Shown: piece after piece, positions 38,640 through 52,959 of the stretch
How the letters are laid out: each line of letters opens with the position of its first letter
Numbering within the stretch: position 1 is the stretch's first letter
Assembly: GCF_021869535.1 (NCBI RefSeq)
Contig: NW_026262734.1
Location: 30,194,001 to 30,258,000, forward strand
From: Mytilus californianus
Lineage: Eukaryota
Reading direction: 5' to 3'
Length of the DNA: 64,000 bases
Position numbers and translations under genes: made by a program
The notes under the pieces: model-generated
Told to the model about the DNA's origin: nothing
Seen by the model: only the letters and a program-made list of their open reading frames with translations
Databases searched by the model: none

Positions 38640-39310
38640 AAACACTTATCAAAGATACTATGCTTATAATTTTGTACTCTAGACGCACATTTTGTCTTCA
38701 TAAGACCCGTCAGAGGCAAGATAATCAAAACAGGTGGTAGGCAAAATCAAACACGAAGTTGAAGAGCATTGAATATCAAATGTGTTTGTCAAATATGGGA
38801 TAAGCTATTTATGCCTGGGGGTAGACAAATATTGTATAAACAGTAAATATACCGAAAATTAATAATACTACATGTCAACACAAAAAAGATGACTATTTGT
38901 CTGGTGATACCGTAAAGGGACGAAAGTCCACCAGCAGTTGCATCAACCCTGAGATAATTTGTTTAAGGAGGAAATGGCGAAATTTGAATAACATCTATTG
39001 TTGCATCTTTGCCCATTAGTCAGCACTTCTGTGTTGACATGAGCTATCATCGATATGGTCATAATTATAAATTAACTGTTTACAAAACTTAAAATTGTTT
39101 GAAATACTAGGGATTTTCTACCCCAGGAATAGATTACCATAGCTGTATTTGGTGAAACCTTTTGGAAGTTTGGGTCCTTACTGCTCTTCTTCCTGTATTT
39201 GGCCTTTTTAACATTTTTGATTAAAACGTCATAAATGGGTCTTTTGTAGACGTAACATGCGTCTTGCGTTTACAATTGTAAGCCTCGGATCTATGATGAG
39301 TTTATTTAAT
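38640..39310. mobile_element. Head-to-head pair of hammerhead-repeat monomers
   Basis: 38640-38955 (-) and 39010-39310 (+) are diverged copies of the same unit, each with a degenerate hammerhead near its 3' end. Confidence 0.6.
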
Positions 39311-40254
39311 CTATATGTCTGTCTGATCATTTGACAAGCATTTAGTATAGAAGCTGTTGATAAGCAAGGGAAGATCCAGAACATTCCGAAGTGGATATTG
39401 AACCCGCAATACAAAATTAGTAAGCAGAAACGTTTGGGTAGAAAAGCGTCAAAATGTATTTTTTCTCTTATGGTTGAGGTATATTATCTGTCCCCCGCAT
39501 TAAAAGGTGTTTTTCGTATGACCCTAAACCGAGAGAATACCGGAGTATTCCATTTAATTTTTTACAACAACACATTCCTTTTTTGCGCTATCCAGTATAA
39601 CCATTTGGACACGGCAAGTAGACTGTCAATCCACAAAGCACTATCTGTGCGGTAGCAATTGCTTCGGTTTTGACATAGAATAAATGACACATTTTGCCTG
39701 TAGTTCATGCAAGCATTCATTTCTGTTGAAACAATGGTTGTAACTCTATCGGTCAAAGATTATCTTAAACGATCTTAGCTTTTCTATTAATGCCAATTTG
39801 ATTTTTCTGCTTTGGCTTTACAAAATATTGGTCACAAAAGTGCCTGGTGAAGGTTATTCAAGAAACTGATTTTGGGCGCAAAGAAATTATATAATTTGTT
39901 ATTTGATAATATATTGATTGACTTTGAAAACTACCTGGAGTTAGATAAATTCAGAGAAATTTTTTTCAATTCAACATAGGACTTCATGTTTAACCGTTTT
40001 TTTCTTTCATCAGATAGACCACAACTTCAAAAATCGAGAAATCGCGTAGGACGCATGAAATTTATAACGTTTTGTTTCATTTTTTAACTTTTAAATGCTA
40101 TGAACTTCAAGATATGATCTGAATTTGAGATATGAGATAAAGAACATGTGCCAGTCAGTTTCAAGAAAAAAATAAACAATGTATATATAGTGAAGACAAT
40201 TTTGTAGCTGTTGGCTAAAGTCCTTTCAATATAATTGATAATTATATAATTTAA

Positions 40255-40523
40255 TTTTGGATGTAACGCGTCTTCCGATTGGCTGACGTTGTTTTGTTTA
40301 TCAGCTCATAGACATAATTTTGTCATGTGACCTTGACGTCATCAACGTTTTTTCATGATTTACTCCGGTTTAAAGTGGAATTAAGAATTAAATTATAAGA
40401 AACGACTGTAATATTTTTTCTGTCTATTCGAAATAATATTACAACGCGGGTTATTCAGTGTGCACCACATATTTTTGATGTTATTTCTTCATAGACAGAA
40501 AAAAAATTACAGTCATTCCTTAA
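40255..40523 (+). mobile_element. Non-autonomous element fragment ending in an inverted repeat of about 43 bp and TTAA
   Basis: Arms 40394-40436 and 40481-40523 (actgtaatattttttctgtctat / atagacagaaaaaaaattacagt). Confidence 0.45.
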
Positions 40524-40999
40524 ATATCATTATAGTCTTACTATTATATTAAAATCTCTCATTTAATTTTCATGTTATAGTACAATAGTATTGATAAATT
40601 TTATATCACGTAGGCATTTAATACAATGAATTTGAGAACAAAATTAAGAGATAGATGACAATATTTTGTTTGAAAATCAAAACAAAAGGTGATAAAGGCA
40701 AACAATCTTGAAGGCCATACATTTTATTTATATTTTTTGTCCTTGTACTTTTAACTTCTTTATTCATTATTTTTTTTTGTTTGACTCATTAGATTAAAAC
40801 GTATTCAAAGAAATTGCTACGGTATTTAAATGATACTGTTTAACAATAGGTTATCATAGAGAACAGTACCTTTCCTGTACCGATTTTAAAAGAATATTAT
40901 TTTAGGAAATTATTTTGGTTGGTCCACTGATCAACACAAATTAACCGGAAAGGGTAAATATGTCTGAAACGAGTTTGACTCTGCTATATAAAAACATTT

Positions 41000-41727
41000 C
41001 TTGCCGAATTGTGCCTTTATTCATATGAGGGTGACTTCATACAGGAACTTCTAAAAAGAAAAAGAAAAGAAGTTAGCAGTATCCTTTAACTTTACTTTCC
41101 AGTACATAGATGGTGTTCTTTCACTAAATTATTCAAAATTTGGTGACTATGTTAAACTCATCTATCCCAACGAACTTTAGATAAAGGATACAACAGATAC
41201 AGTTAATTCTGACTCATATCTTGACTTACATTTAGAAATTGACCACGAGGGACGGTTGAAAACAAAACTTTACAACAAAAGAGATGATTTCAGCTTCCCA
41301 ATTGTGAAATTTCCATTTTGATGTAGCAACATTCCAGCTGTGGCTGCAAACGGAGTATGTATCTTCCAGTTGATACTATATTCCCGGGCTTGTATTTCCT
41401 ATCATGATTTCCATGATAGAGGATTGCTGCTCACAAAGAAGCTATTAAACCAAGAGTTCCAAGTGGTGAAGTTGAAATCATCCCTTCGTAAATTTCACGA
41501 ATTGGTTGACCGTTATGAAATATCCGTTTCACAGATGACAGCGGATATGTTCCAAATGTCGCAACTACAATCCCGTCCTCCTTTTCTTTGAATCTGACCT
41601 ACCGAATTAGACTTATTACCCGGTTTGTACTAACATGAGCAACACGACGGGTCTGCTAACTATTCCGTCGCACCTGGGATCCAGTTTTTGGTGGGGTTCG
41701 TGTTGCATCGTCTTTAGTTTTCTATGT
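41000..41727 (+). mobile_element. Decayed Penelope-like RT, C-terminal half plus 3' UTR
   Basis: LAxLxLYSYEGDFIQEL, QYIDGVLSL, IYPNELxIKDTTDT, YLDLHLEID.EGRLKTKLYNKRDDFSFPIVKFP, SNIP, SRACISYHDF. Confidence 0.85.
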
Positions 41728-43434
41728 TGCAATATAGGTCAATATATTTCTAGAGGTCACCGTACGTTTTTTTTTAAATAAATAGTTTGCATCTAAATTG
41801 CTTTGAAAAATATGATTTTTTTCAGAAGGAAAACAACTATTTTCTATTAAAAATTTGTATGGGAACAGAAGAACCATTGATTTAAGAAAATCGATGTTTT
41901 TCAAAGAATTCGCAGTTTGATTTGTTATTAAAGTAGAAACAAATTTTTGGTCCAAAAATATAAAGTCCGTGCTTCCATCCCCTTCCCCAAATGGACACAA
42001 AATATAAATTGTTAGTGCCTTATCGGATGATAAATTTAAATTGAACTTTTAAACGCTATGCATACTTCTTATGCACATGTGTAAGGCCAATCAAAATGCA
42101 AAGTTACCATAACAATTATAAATACAGCTATTTTCGTTGGAAGCTCTGTCATTTCATTTTCGATTGAATCTCCAAAGTTCGTTATTTTCATATTGTCGTT
42201 TACATACACCATTACAAACAAGCCAGAGGAAAATAATAGATTTTCAAAGCCATATTTAAATTGTTGGAAATCTGTAGTGTATTTCCTGCTATTACTATTG
42301 GGAGTTTATCAGAATGGCCTGCATGGTGAATGTATTCCTGATAACCTGATAGCTACTTCATGTCACGCTTTAAACATTTTTCTCCGGAAAATTAATATTG
42401 GCCGAGAGAAAATTAACATTAAGGCCAACGACAATCGCAGAGTAAATTGAATAGTAGATAATTTATAGGAAGTGCATCCATACATGTCGTAGGGAAAACT
42501 ATATTATCAACTCCATGCTCTTCAATGGAATTTGATGCGACTGTCATACAAGTGATAGGTTTAGCGCTATAAAACCAGGTTCAATCCACCATTTTCTACA
42601 TAAGAAAATGCCTGTACCAAGTCAGGAATATGACAGTTGTTGTCCATTCGTTTGATGTGTTTGTGCTTTTGATTTTGCCATTTGATTAGGGACTTTCCGT
42701 TTTGGATTTTCCTCGGAGTTCAGTATTTTTGTGATTTAACTTTTTTCAATTAATTCTAAAGCTAGATTCTTGCATGGAATATCAAAGCAGATAATTACTC
42801 AAATTTTTCCAAACCAAACGATGTTTCATTTTTCTACTGGTGGATTATCAAACTGGTATTAACAAATAAGTAGATTTTATCATATTTTACAATTAGAAAT
42901 CCTGACCAATTGTACACTACTACAGTATTAAATTGGCAATGAAAGTCTTTTAGACAATTTTTGTCATTTTTACGGGAGTATGCTGGTAGTCACCTATATT
43001 TGCAACGATATATAAATTGTTGTGTTTTGAGATACACATGAGAGATTGTTGAATTTCTGTATTTTCTAGGTTCGTAGCATGCGTTCCATTATTCTTGTTT
43101 CGGGTCCGGAATTTACTCGACGCCTTCCCTGTTTAAACCACCACCGCGAAGACCATCTTCTGAAAATATAAATATGTCAACGCCCTGAAATTATTATATT
43201 CCAAATATGTTCAAAACATTACATAGATTAAGCGTATCAATTTCCAATACCAATATTTTTATACTTATTAATCAGAACATAAAATAGAAATTGATTTTTC
43301 ACGTGTGATAACAGTATTGTGTTTTACATTTTTCGATCATATGCCCTCTTTCTTATTATTTGTTGCCTAGATTCTTCTTTTTCCTCTCCTCTGTTTTCTT
43401 TTCATTTTACAGTGTCATTTTATCTAATGAGCAT

Positions 43435-43600
43435 TTTTATATGCTGGTGGAACGTGGGGCGTATCATTCTATACCGACCGTCCGTCTGTTCTCCGTCCTC
43501 TCGTCTTTTTGATCATGTTTTAAGAAACTTGTATGGAATATTCATATCGGTGGAAGAAAGCACTCTTTCGAAATTGATATGTTTTCGTTTGTATTTCTAG
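43435..43600 (+). mobile_element. Helentron/HINE-like fragment
   Basis: tttttatatgc..gtggggcgtatcattctataccgaccgtccgtctg.. with a (GTCC)-type microsatellite; abuts the gag relic. Confidence 0.4.
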
Positions 43601-43602
43601 GG

Positions 43603-44274
43603 TTACAGTACTGTACCTCTAATAATTGACATATAAGTATTCAATTCAGTAGCTAAATTTGGAAAACGTTGAAAAATATCTTCATATAATTAATAAATGC
43701 ATCGTTCCATGGTTCAATAATTTGAATGGATTTTACTTTGCTGTTTTCCTTTGATGTGATGACAAGTGAACCGGATTTGTTATCATAACTGATAACATTT
43801 TGAGGTCTGTCAATTTGACTGACAAAATTTTGATTAAGAAGTAATAACAAATCAATAAATTCTCTATTCCATATTTTTTCTTTCAAATTTTTAGATATAT
43901 AAACAACACATTCTGACTGATTAGGTATAAACATAGGATCATTATTTATCACACCATTTTGATAAGGCATTTGCAAAGGAGCTGGTATCTCAACTTGCGC
44001 AAATGACGATTGCGCGTTCAATATATGTGTTGCAGGCCCTTGCATGCCAGGTTGTCTTTGAAATGAATGGCATAGGAGTCTGGATTTGAAGAGAAACAGA
44101 TGCTTGGACTTCACCAACAACTGCCCCAAAATTTTGAATTCCTTGATCTAGATTGACCAGTGCAGCGACATCACGGTTCCTCCATCCTCTACGCCGTCTC
44201 TCTGGCGGATTAGCTTCAACTGCGGGTGCTCGTGCGCTCCCATTTCCATTTGTCCGTCGACCAATTCTAAGCAT
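43603..44274 (-). mobile_element. Frameshifted DIRS-like (tyrosine-recombinase retrotransposon) gag relic
   Basis: ISKNLKEKIWNREFIDLLLLL..GSLVI..KSIQIIEPWNDAFINYMKI, then in a shifted frame QRFPNLATELNTYMSIIR; N-terminus from ATG 44274 is in another frame. Confidence 0.65.
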
Positions 44275-45364
44275 TTGTATAAACAAAAGAAGTTAACAAA
44301 ATAAGTACTTATTATGCAATCATTATTCCGTCTTTTAATTTAAGTTGTTAAAAAGCAGTTTATCAATACACAGATTACAGTATTCGTATTAACTACTATA
44401 AAACCATTTAAAACTGAAAAAATCTATCGATACTAACGTTCGAGCTCCTCAAATTGTGTCTTATCTTAATATATTCATCATCCATATATCGGAAATGTTA
44501 CATATGTGAATATGATATTTAATTAGTGAGTCAGTAAACACACACATACATACCTATATGTAAGCATTAGCAGGTATATCTTAACATTCCTTATCAACGA
44601 TAAGATAAAACATGTAGGCAATTCGCGTACAAAACTAGAAATCATTTATTTGAAATTTTGCATTACCACGTGGCTGCAAATTTAATTCGGTGAAAGGAAG
44701 TTAATCTAATTTTTTATCAAAGACAAAAATAAAATACTTAATCCAAATTTGAATCTTAAATAGTTATTCCTAAATAAACTAAATCCATACTATACTTATC
44801 TTTATGTAATCTTTCTCTAAATTTTACGACGTCTTCTCAGTTTGTTTTTCAAAGTATAAGTGACTACTAAAATGCACGGAGTTTTACGGCTTAACTCTCA
44901 CATGCTCAAATTAGCATAGCAATAGGAGTAAAGGATGACTCGATTTGTCAGGTATATCAGTAAACGTATTTGTAAATTCAATAAACGAATTTAATTTCAT
45001 TTAATAAAATACTTTATTTTTTTTATTTGTGCTATGTATTTGCATCTTTCTTGACATTTAACCTATTTTAAAGGAAATCTTGGTAGCATGCAAACTTTGC
45101 AATTTTGTTTTATGTTAGTCGTTGTAAAAGTATATGGGTGCAGGTGATCTTTATTTTGTCATATTCACGTCATTTGAACTATGATGGGTAGTTTCTCATT
45201 GGGAATCATACTACATCTCTTTACTTTTATATAATAACGGCAGGGAAAAGACGTTTCGTTTGTCATGAATATTTTTTTTATTTGTGTATTGAAATTTTAA
45301 AGAACATGTGTTACTGTGGCGGCATTTACTATTTCGTATTTAAATTTTTACGGCTCATGATGTT

Positions 45365-47070
45365 TTAGTATAGTATTTGTTTAGTGCGACTGTACAAAAG
45401 GGCATACTTACTATACCAGAAAGTCAATTACTTCTTATCTTGCTTTCATGTACATCGAGCATTCTATGAATCTGTATATGCTAACTCTGTTTCCAATATT
45501 ATTGTTTTATTTGTTTTCTGTAATACAACTTTTATTAGAAAAAAATTACTGGTATTTATGATGTAGTGTTTTCTGTACATTGTGTTGTACCGTTGATATA
45601 GATATTGGTGTTACAATTGAATACTCAGAGTACTCACAAATTAGTTATTTCTACCACATGTTCATATATCTGTCCCAAGGCCTATGTGGTTGGAATAATT
45701 CTTAATTAGTTTTTTTTATATGCTTTGTACAATACGAAGTTAGTGTTGAAGGTGAAGCATCGGTTGTTTACTTTTTATTCGACCACCCGTTATCTAGAAT
45801 AGGAAGAAGATATATTTTGTTTTGTGTTGTGTTATTGCCTCTTCTCTGACATTAAGTCAATGACTAAGGTTATTGATATCTATTAAGGAAATCTTGGTAG
45901 GAAGCAAACTTTGCAATTTCGTTTTAACTGAATATATCTACTCAAAAAATGTCGCAATCATGTTATTCGTTGTACAAGTATATTGATGTAGGTCGAGAAA
46001 TAGATAAGACTTTAACGGTTTGTTTCTTGGTAAATCAAACAAATATTCAGTTAACGAACAGTATAAGTTCATCTGACACTAAAATTAAAAAAAAATTGGA
46101 TACATAATATTATAGTTTCTTCTCAAACTTAGAACATGAGTTTGACTATCTTGTTGTTCAAGCCATGTTCATGAAAACCTAAATATGAAGTTCCTGATAT
46201 GCTAAATGTTACATTTCATAAGTTTGGAGGCTGAAAAATACACAAACAAATTTGTGTGATAGAATAAAAACTAAATGAGAGAATTGTACATTAAAAAATG
46301 AAAAAAAATGCTCTCGTATAGTGTCTTCAGAAAATAGAAAGAAAATTGGGTCAAGGGGCTAGTTTTCTTGTTTCAAAACAAAAAGGTGAAGATCATAACA
46401 CATTCCTTTATAATAGTTACAGTATCTGACTTATCTTCCTTTATATTCGTGTAACTAAGCCTGTTCTATTTATGTTGTCAAGGATTAAAAACCGATTTTT
46501 ACGGTTAGATTCATGCAGTTAAATTCATATTTTTCTGTAAACAAATATGTTGACTTTTCGTTTTGTTTATCTAACTACCTTTTCTGATTATCCACGTAGT
46601 TTCGTTGCCTTTAAATATTAGCATATTTGTTCACTAAGAGAAACACATTTTTTTATTTAACTTTTTCTTAAGCCTTAAATAATTACGTGTATTTTTTACT
46701 TTTATTGTTGCATTTTCTTCATAGATTTATTTGCACAAAAGGAATTCACCAGCTTACTCATTGACTTCTTGACCATTTAACAAAAGTGCTTTGGACGCAT
46801 GAAATTTATAACGTGTTGTTTCCATTTTCTATGGGTTAATGCTAATTACGAAGACCGGTTGTGACATTTTTTGTGAAATTTTCTCACTTCCACGTTGACA
46901 TTTCTCCTTTTCAACTTGAGCGTTCTCTTTTCTTGCTTCATATTTCGGAATTCCAACTTTACATTTCTCACATTAATGTGAATATTTCTCAGTTACGATT
47001 TGACATTCTCTTCGAAATAATACTTGTCAAGTTGGAAGTGTGAGTTTGGAAAACTTTGAATGTTACAAAA
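45365..47070. repeat. Old segmental duplication module, copy A (partial extra copy at about 44990-45150)
   Basis: Collinear anchors (gaagttagtgttga, ggaaatcttgg, ttcttctca, 21-bp array) shared with copies B and C. Confidence 0.8.
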
Positions 47071-48699
47071 CAATACTCAAGCAAAGGAATTAGAGCAAAT
47101 CTGTACCTTTAATCTAATATTCATATTTAGATCGTTTTATTTAATGTCATAATCTACATTCAAACCAATAATATCCAATATACAAATGTCGATTTTTCTA
47201 TAACTTGTATAAGGAGATATGATATGTAATCTTTAAAAGGGGAATTAGGCAATAAAATATGTTTTTTTTTCTTCAAATATTTATAAAACTGGAATAGTGA
47301 AATGATATTTCGCTATAAGCAGTCGATTTGGTTCAATATTGTAAAATATGCTCAAAAACGTAGCTGATGTATAATTGTCTTGAAAGTGAATAATTCAACT
47401 TCAGCTGAATCCGTATTCATGCGACCCTTTATTTATCCTTTCATAGAGATCGATTGCGCATGTTCTTAAGCATGTACAGTGAAAGAAACGAATTCCAGCT
47501 ATAAAAAACACGAGAACTAGAGAAAGCACCAAATGGAAGACCGATTTCGTTGATTGATTCGACACACAATCTTGTATAGGTAATGAGTAAATTCTTTACA
47601 TTTAATTCACATTTTTGTATCTACGAAATTAGGCCAACAAAAACCACTATGGCAATTGACCTTATAATGTGGTACTGTTGAACATGCTACCTATCTATTT
47701 GTATGTATAATTATAAAGGAGTCGTACACCAGTCGCCAGTTTCTTGGGTTGTATTGATAGTTACTTAGTTGGCGTCCTGTCAGGATTACACTCAAAATGG
47801 TGATACCTTATAATGATCCAGACTTTGTGTTTGGTTACTATGGAGCTTTTCTTGTTCTGAATTACGTTTTAGTATGTATAAAATAAAATTTGATAGTTTG
47901 TATAAATTCGATGAGCATACATTTGGCATCTTATATCCCTATTTAAAAAGAGAAATACAATAAATTATTAATGCATTATGTTAGGGTATGTTTGCCAATT
48001 ACAAATGAAAGCAGATATTTAAAAAGTAAAGTTGCTTTAAAAGAAACTGTTCGGTTTGTGATGTGCATATATTTAATTCAATGAATTTAAACATTGTAAA
48101 TTTGTAAATTGTACACATTTGCACTGGACGAAATTTAAATATGTTGACATTATAGCAAAACAGAATTATACAAAAGTGACATTGGTTGTTAAATCTTCAA
48201 AGCCAGGTAAAATGGCGGACATTGACCTAATAATAATCTGAAACATTATTTGAAATCAAATTAAGATAAAATGTGTATGCCGTAAAAAAAGACCGTTCTA
48301 TCTTTAAATGCCTTCATATTGCCAAGGATTACCCATTTTAGTATTATATTCAGCAGATTTTATTGGAGAGATGTAACTGAAAAAAGAAAGATAGCATAGA
48401 TCTGTTCATATTTCTATCATATTCTTGTTTTTCTTTAATTTGATGTTTGTTAATACTTAGCAATAGTGGCTTGAAGTTCAAAGTATATATCGCCTACCTA
48501 CGATTTTTACAAATAATTGATAATTTGTTACTTCAGATGTTGTTTATTTAATATTCATTGATAGAGTTCTAATACAATCAAGGACACTACCTTATCAAGG
48601 TTACATTTAAAAACCGACTTTAAATTGCCGATTTTAGAATTATTTATTCGTCTGGTTTATATAAATGTTTTATGTAATTTAAGTAATTATTAGTCTTAG

Positions 48700-51130
48700 C
48701 ATTCGTTTATCAAGGTTTCGAATTGTCTTCAATAACACCTTTGATGCAAACTTGCTGTTCCATTGATTGAGATACTGATGTTACAATTGAGTATGAGTAA
48801 ACACAAACAAGTGAACGCTACCAAATGTTTACATTTCGTTTGTTTCTTGATTATTTTTGGTATGGTTTTTACTTTACGAAGTTAGTGTTGATGATGTATT
48901 AGCGATTGTCTAAATTCAATACAGCCACAATTTGTCTAGAGTAAGAATAATTCATATTTTTTATTTGTGTTATCTAATTGCCTATCATGAGACGTTAAAC
49001 TTTGTCTAAGGTAAATAATATTTATTAAGGAAATCTTGGAAAGAAGCTGCTAGAATGTTGCAATTATGTTATACGTTGACAAGGTATATGGGTGAAGATC
49101 GAGGAATAAATTAGACTTAGGTAGGTCTAATGGTTAGGGCTATGTTTCAAGTTAACATCTAATAGCCATCGGACAAAAGTTAAGCAAAGGGACATTATTA
49201 GTTCTTCCAAACATAAAATTAAATGGTAGGATATACATGTATATACTAGTAGCTTCTTCTCAGTCTAAGAATATAAGTGTATTTAATCATGTTAATAAAT
49301 AGATTTTTTCTAGATTGTAAAAAGAAAGAATGCAAGTGTGACTATGTTTGTTCAGGCTATGTTGATCAAAACTTATTATTATTATTGATTGTAGGATACA
49401 CAAACAACAAGAAAATTTTGCCAGCATAGGATTATGTTTGAACAGATTTTCCCCTAAAGATTAAGTCAACTATTTGAAACGTTTGTTTATCTAATTCAAC
49501 ATTAAAATCCCTATACAAAGTTCCAGCAAAGAAAATAGATGTATCTGTATTTATAATTTTTTAGTAGTTCATTGAATTGTAGTCTCGCGCGTGTCATCTT
49601 TCCCATTTTACTTTGTTTCCATTTCAAGCCTACATCATAGGAATACAATGCACCGAAACAACAAACTATTAGAGAAAACGCTATGGATAAAATGAAATGA
49701 AGTGGAAATGTCAAGGAGACGAAAAAATGGTAGAACAATAAAAACCCAAATGACGTCCACCGTTCTAAGTACAGGTTGTAGCTAACAGGAAATCTATTGA
49801 ACCACTGATAACTTTACATGGTTTACTGTCACAAACATTACTTGTTTTACAAAGGAATAATTTGCTATCTGTAATCCTTTGTCTGTTTTATTTTTAATGT
49901 TATTTATGATTAAAAACCTATTTTTTTGGTTGGACTCGTGTTTTTTATTTCATATTTTCTATAACAAATGTGTAGACTATTCGTTTTCTCGATCTTACTA
50001 CGGTTTTCGTTTTGCATATGATTTCCTTTTCTTGTAAAGTAAGCTCAACTTTGATATGGTGTTATGGAAACAACAGACTTAAACTAAAAGAAAAGGGGGA
50101 CGATAACCAACTGGTATTTATAAATCATTAGTCGAAGATAACAGACAGCAGCATGACCAAACGAAAGACGAATGACACACCACAGTCCACAAAACACTAT
50201 TCACAGAAAACTAAATAATGATGTTGTTCATAAGTGTTTCTCGTTTCTCGTTTTTTATATAGATTAGACCGTTGGTTTTCCTGTTTGAATGGTTTTACAC
50301 TAGTCATTTTTTGGGGCCTTTATAGCTTGCTGGTCGGTGTGAGCCAAGGATCCGTGTTGAAGGCCGTACTTTGACCTATAATGGTGTACTTGTACAAATT
50401 GTGACTTGGATGGAGAGTTTATGGATAGAACTTTTTTATAGAAGCATTAAAGGCTTTTTAAAAGTACGTTTACATGTCCCCACGTTTGCTGTTTTTTCTG
50501 TGAAGTTTTTTGTGTCTACAAAACACTATACACAAAAACCAAATAATGAGTAAAACATCCCCAACAAAACCTGGGATGAACGTTAGTTCTTCGTTACGGT
50601 CAGAAGGTTCTTCTCCAGGTGGCAGCACACATAATTCTCATGACAAGTAATATTTTGTGATAAGTCGCACTCAGTGATGTCACAATATTCTGTTAAATGG
50701 CATATATTGTTTCTGTTGTAGACATGTCTACATAAAGAAAGTGTTTAAGTTTAACAACATATCAATTCAGTAAGAAATATGTTTAAGTTAAAGGTTTTAT
50801 GATTTGAACTTTTATATAGAAGCATTAAAGGTCATTTGTTTATATATGTCTAGACATTAAAGAAGATGAAATAAACTGCGTTTTTTTCATTTAAGACATC
50901 ACCAAGAATTCACCATCGTATCTATCTATCAGACTTCTTGATCATTTATAGGCTAACTACGTGAGACATGTGATGCCATTCTGTTTTTAAATTTCGCACT
51001 TCTTTTCTAAGTTGACGTTTCTCCCTTTGTACCTGACATTCTTCTTTCCAACTTGACATTTCGGAGTTCAAACTAGACATTTCTCAGCTTCAAAATGACA
51101 TTTATCACATCAAAGTGAACATTTCGCATA
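48700..51130. repeat. Old segmental duplication module, copy B
   Basis: Same anchor order; shares gtctcgcgcg and an old Penelope-UTR insertion with copy C. Confidence 0.8.
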
Positions 51131-52959
51131 TTTTACACGACCAAAGAGCAGGAAACAGTCCATGGCAACCAATGGGTCTTCAACGCAGCGAGAAAATCCC
51201 GCACCCGGAAGCATTGAATGGAATGATATTTTTTTCTGTAAGATAATACTCAAGAAAAGGAACCTGGAAAAATCGGTTCCTTTATAGATGTTAGTATCTG
51301 GTATGATTTATAATTAACCTTTCTTAATAACATAAACGTTACAAATTTTAGTGCACCAGTTTGCATTTAGAAAAATAATGTCTCTTCAGTGATGCTCGAG
51401 GCTATAATATTTGAATATCCAAAATCTAATACAAACGAAAGAGCGGATCAAACCAAAAAAGGACCTAAAGTATAGCCATGTGTTTTTGCATGAGGATGAT
51501 ATATTCCTTAATTTATAATCATTTCAAAAATTTTATAACGGCAAATTTTAATCAAACATTATATTTGTGATAGTATGTCGTTCTAGGGTGGTGATACCCT
51601 ATAATTGTCCGTTTATAAATTTAGAATTATAAAGAAACAAAGTGTCAATTCCCTCCGTCAAGTTTGACATTAAACGATTTTGGCTATCATTCTTTTTTTA
51701 TTATACAACTCTTCAACTGTTTCAGTTCTTATATTTATTGAAATTATGCACTATTCTAATATGACGTGCTTCTTTCGCTTTGTAAACAACACCGTGATAA
51801 AATTCTCGATATATCTATACTTAGCGCAGGCTCAGAGATGTACATAATAATGGCTGTTACAATATACCTCCCACGTCAATCCACATGTATCGTTACCTAT
51901 GTGCAAACGCTATGCCGATTTCGCTGTGTTAAAAATTGCAATTAAAAAAAAACTACAGAACCTGTATTCTTATTCTGATGCATAACAAAAAGAATTAATG
52001 CATTAGAGCTCGGACAAATGAACAAAATAAAAATAAAATAAAATTCCGCGAAATTCCATTGATGCTTTTAGCGCATTAAAGTCATTTCAAAACATGACGT
52101 CATACGAATGAAAACGCTAAAGCTAAAGGTTTTCCCGTTACTTGAACCCTCCAATTTCGGATAATATTGCATAAAAATGGAGTTTTGAGGTAGGCGTTGT
52201 TTTATTTTCTATTCTATTGCATTATTCGCACATTGACTGATTTCAGCAAATCAACATGGCAGCTCCTTGGTTACGAAATGTCAACTGTGGATATGACGGT
52301 AGCTTACGAGAAAATGTAAAATTAAAAATTGCCAATGTTTGGGTTGAGAAATAAAACAATTAAACACATTTTTTCTAGAGATTATTTATTAAATAATTCA
52401 TGCAAGCTATAGATTTATTGGAAATGTTTAGCTTTATCTAACAGGGGTAAAATAGAACAGCTACACACACGGCATACCCAACCTCGATAATTCACGGAAG
52501 GACGCCATAGATTGTTGGAAATGTACATGTGTAAATTTCGAACAAATCTATGGCTTCTATGAATTATTTCTTGATTATACTCCAATGGGGTTGATGTCAT
52601 ACATGAAACATCATTGGATTTTAAATATTCGGCTTTGACCGTTTCTTATGCAGATAAATCAAGAAAAACGCATTGGACGCATGAAATTCATAAAGTGTTA
52701 TTTTCATGTTTTTAATCTCCTGTTAATATAGAGGTCGTTTCATTTAATGGCATGATCTACATTTTATAATGATACTCGCGAAAAAGAACATGCAAAAGTA
52801 TGTACCGTCAATCTACCGTTCATATTAAATGATTTCATTTGATGTCATCATAGGAAAATAAAAAATATTCAATATACAACAGTGAATTTTCTTATCTATA
52901 ACTTTCATCAGCAAATTTTAAACACATGTTTACTATGACGGTATTTACTAAGTCGTATT

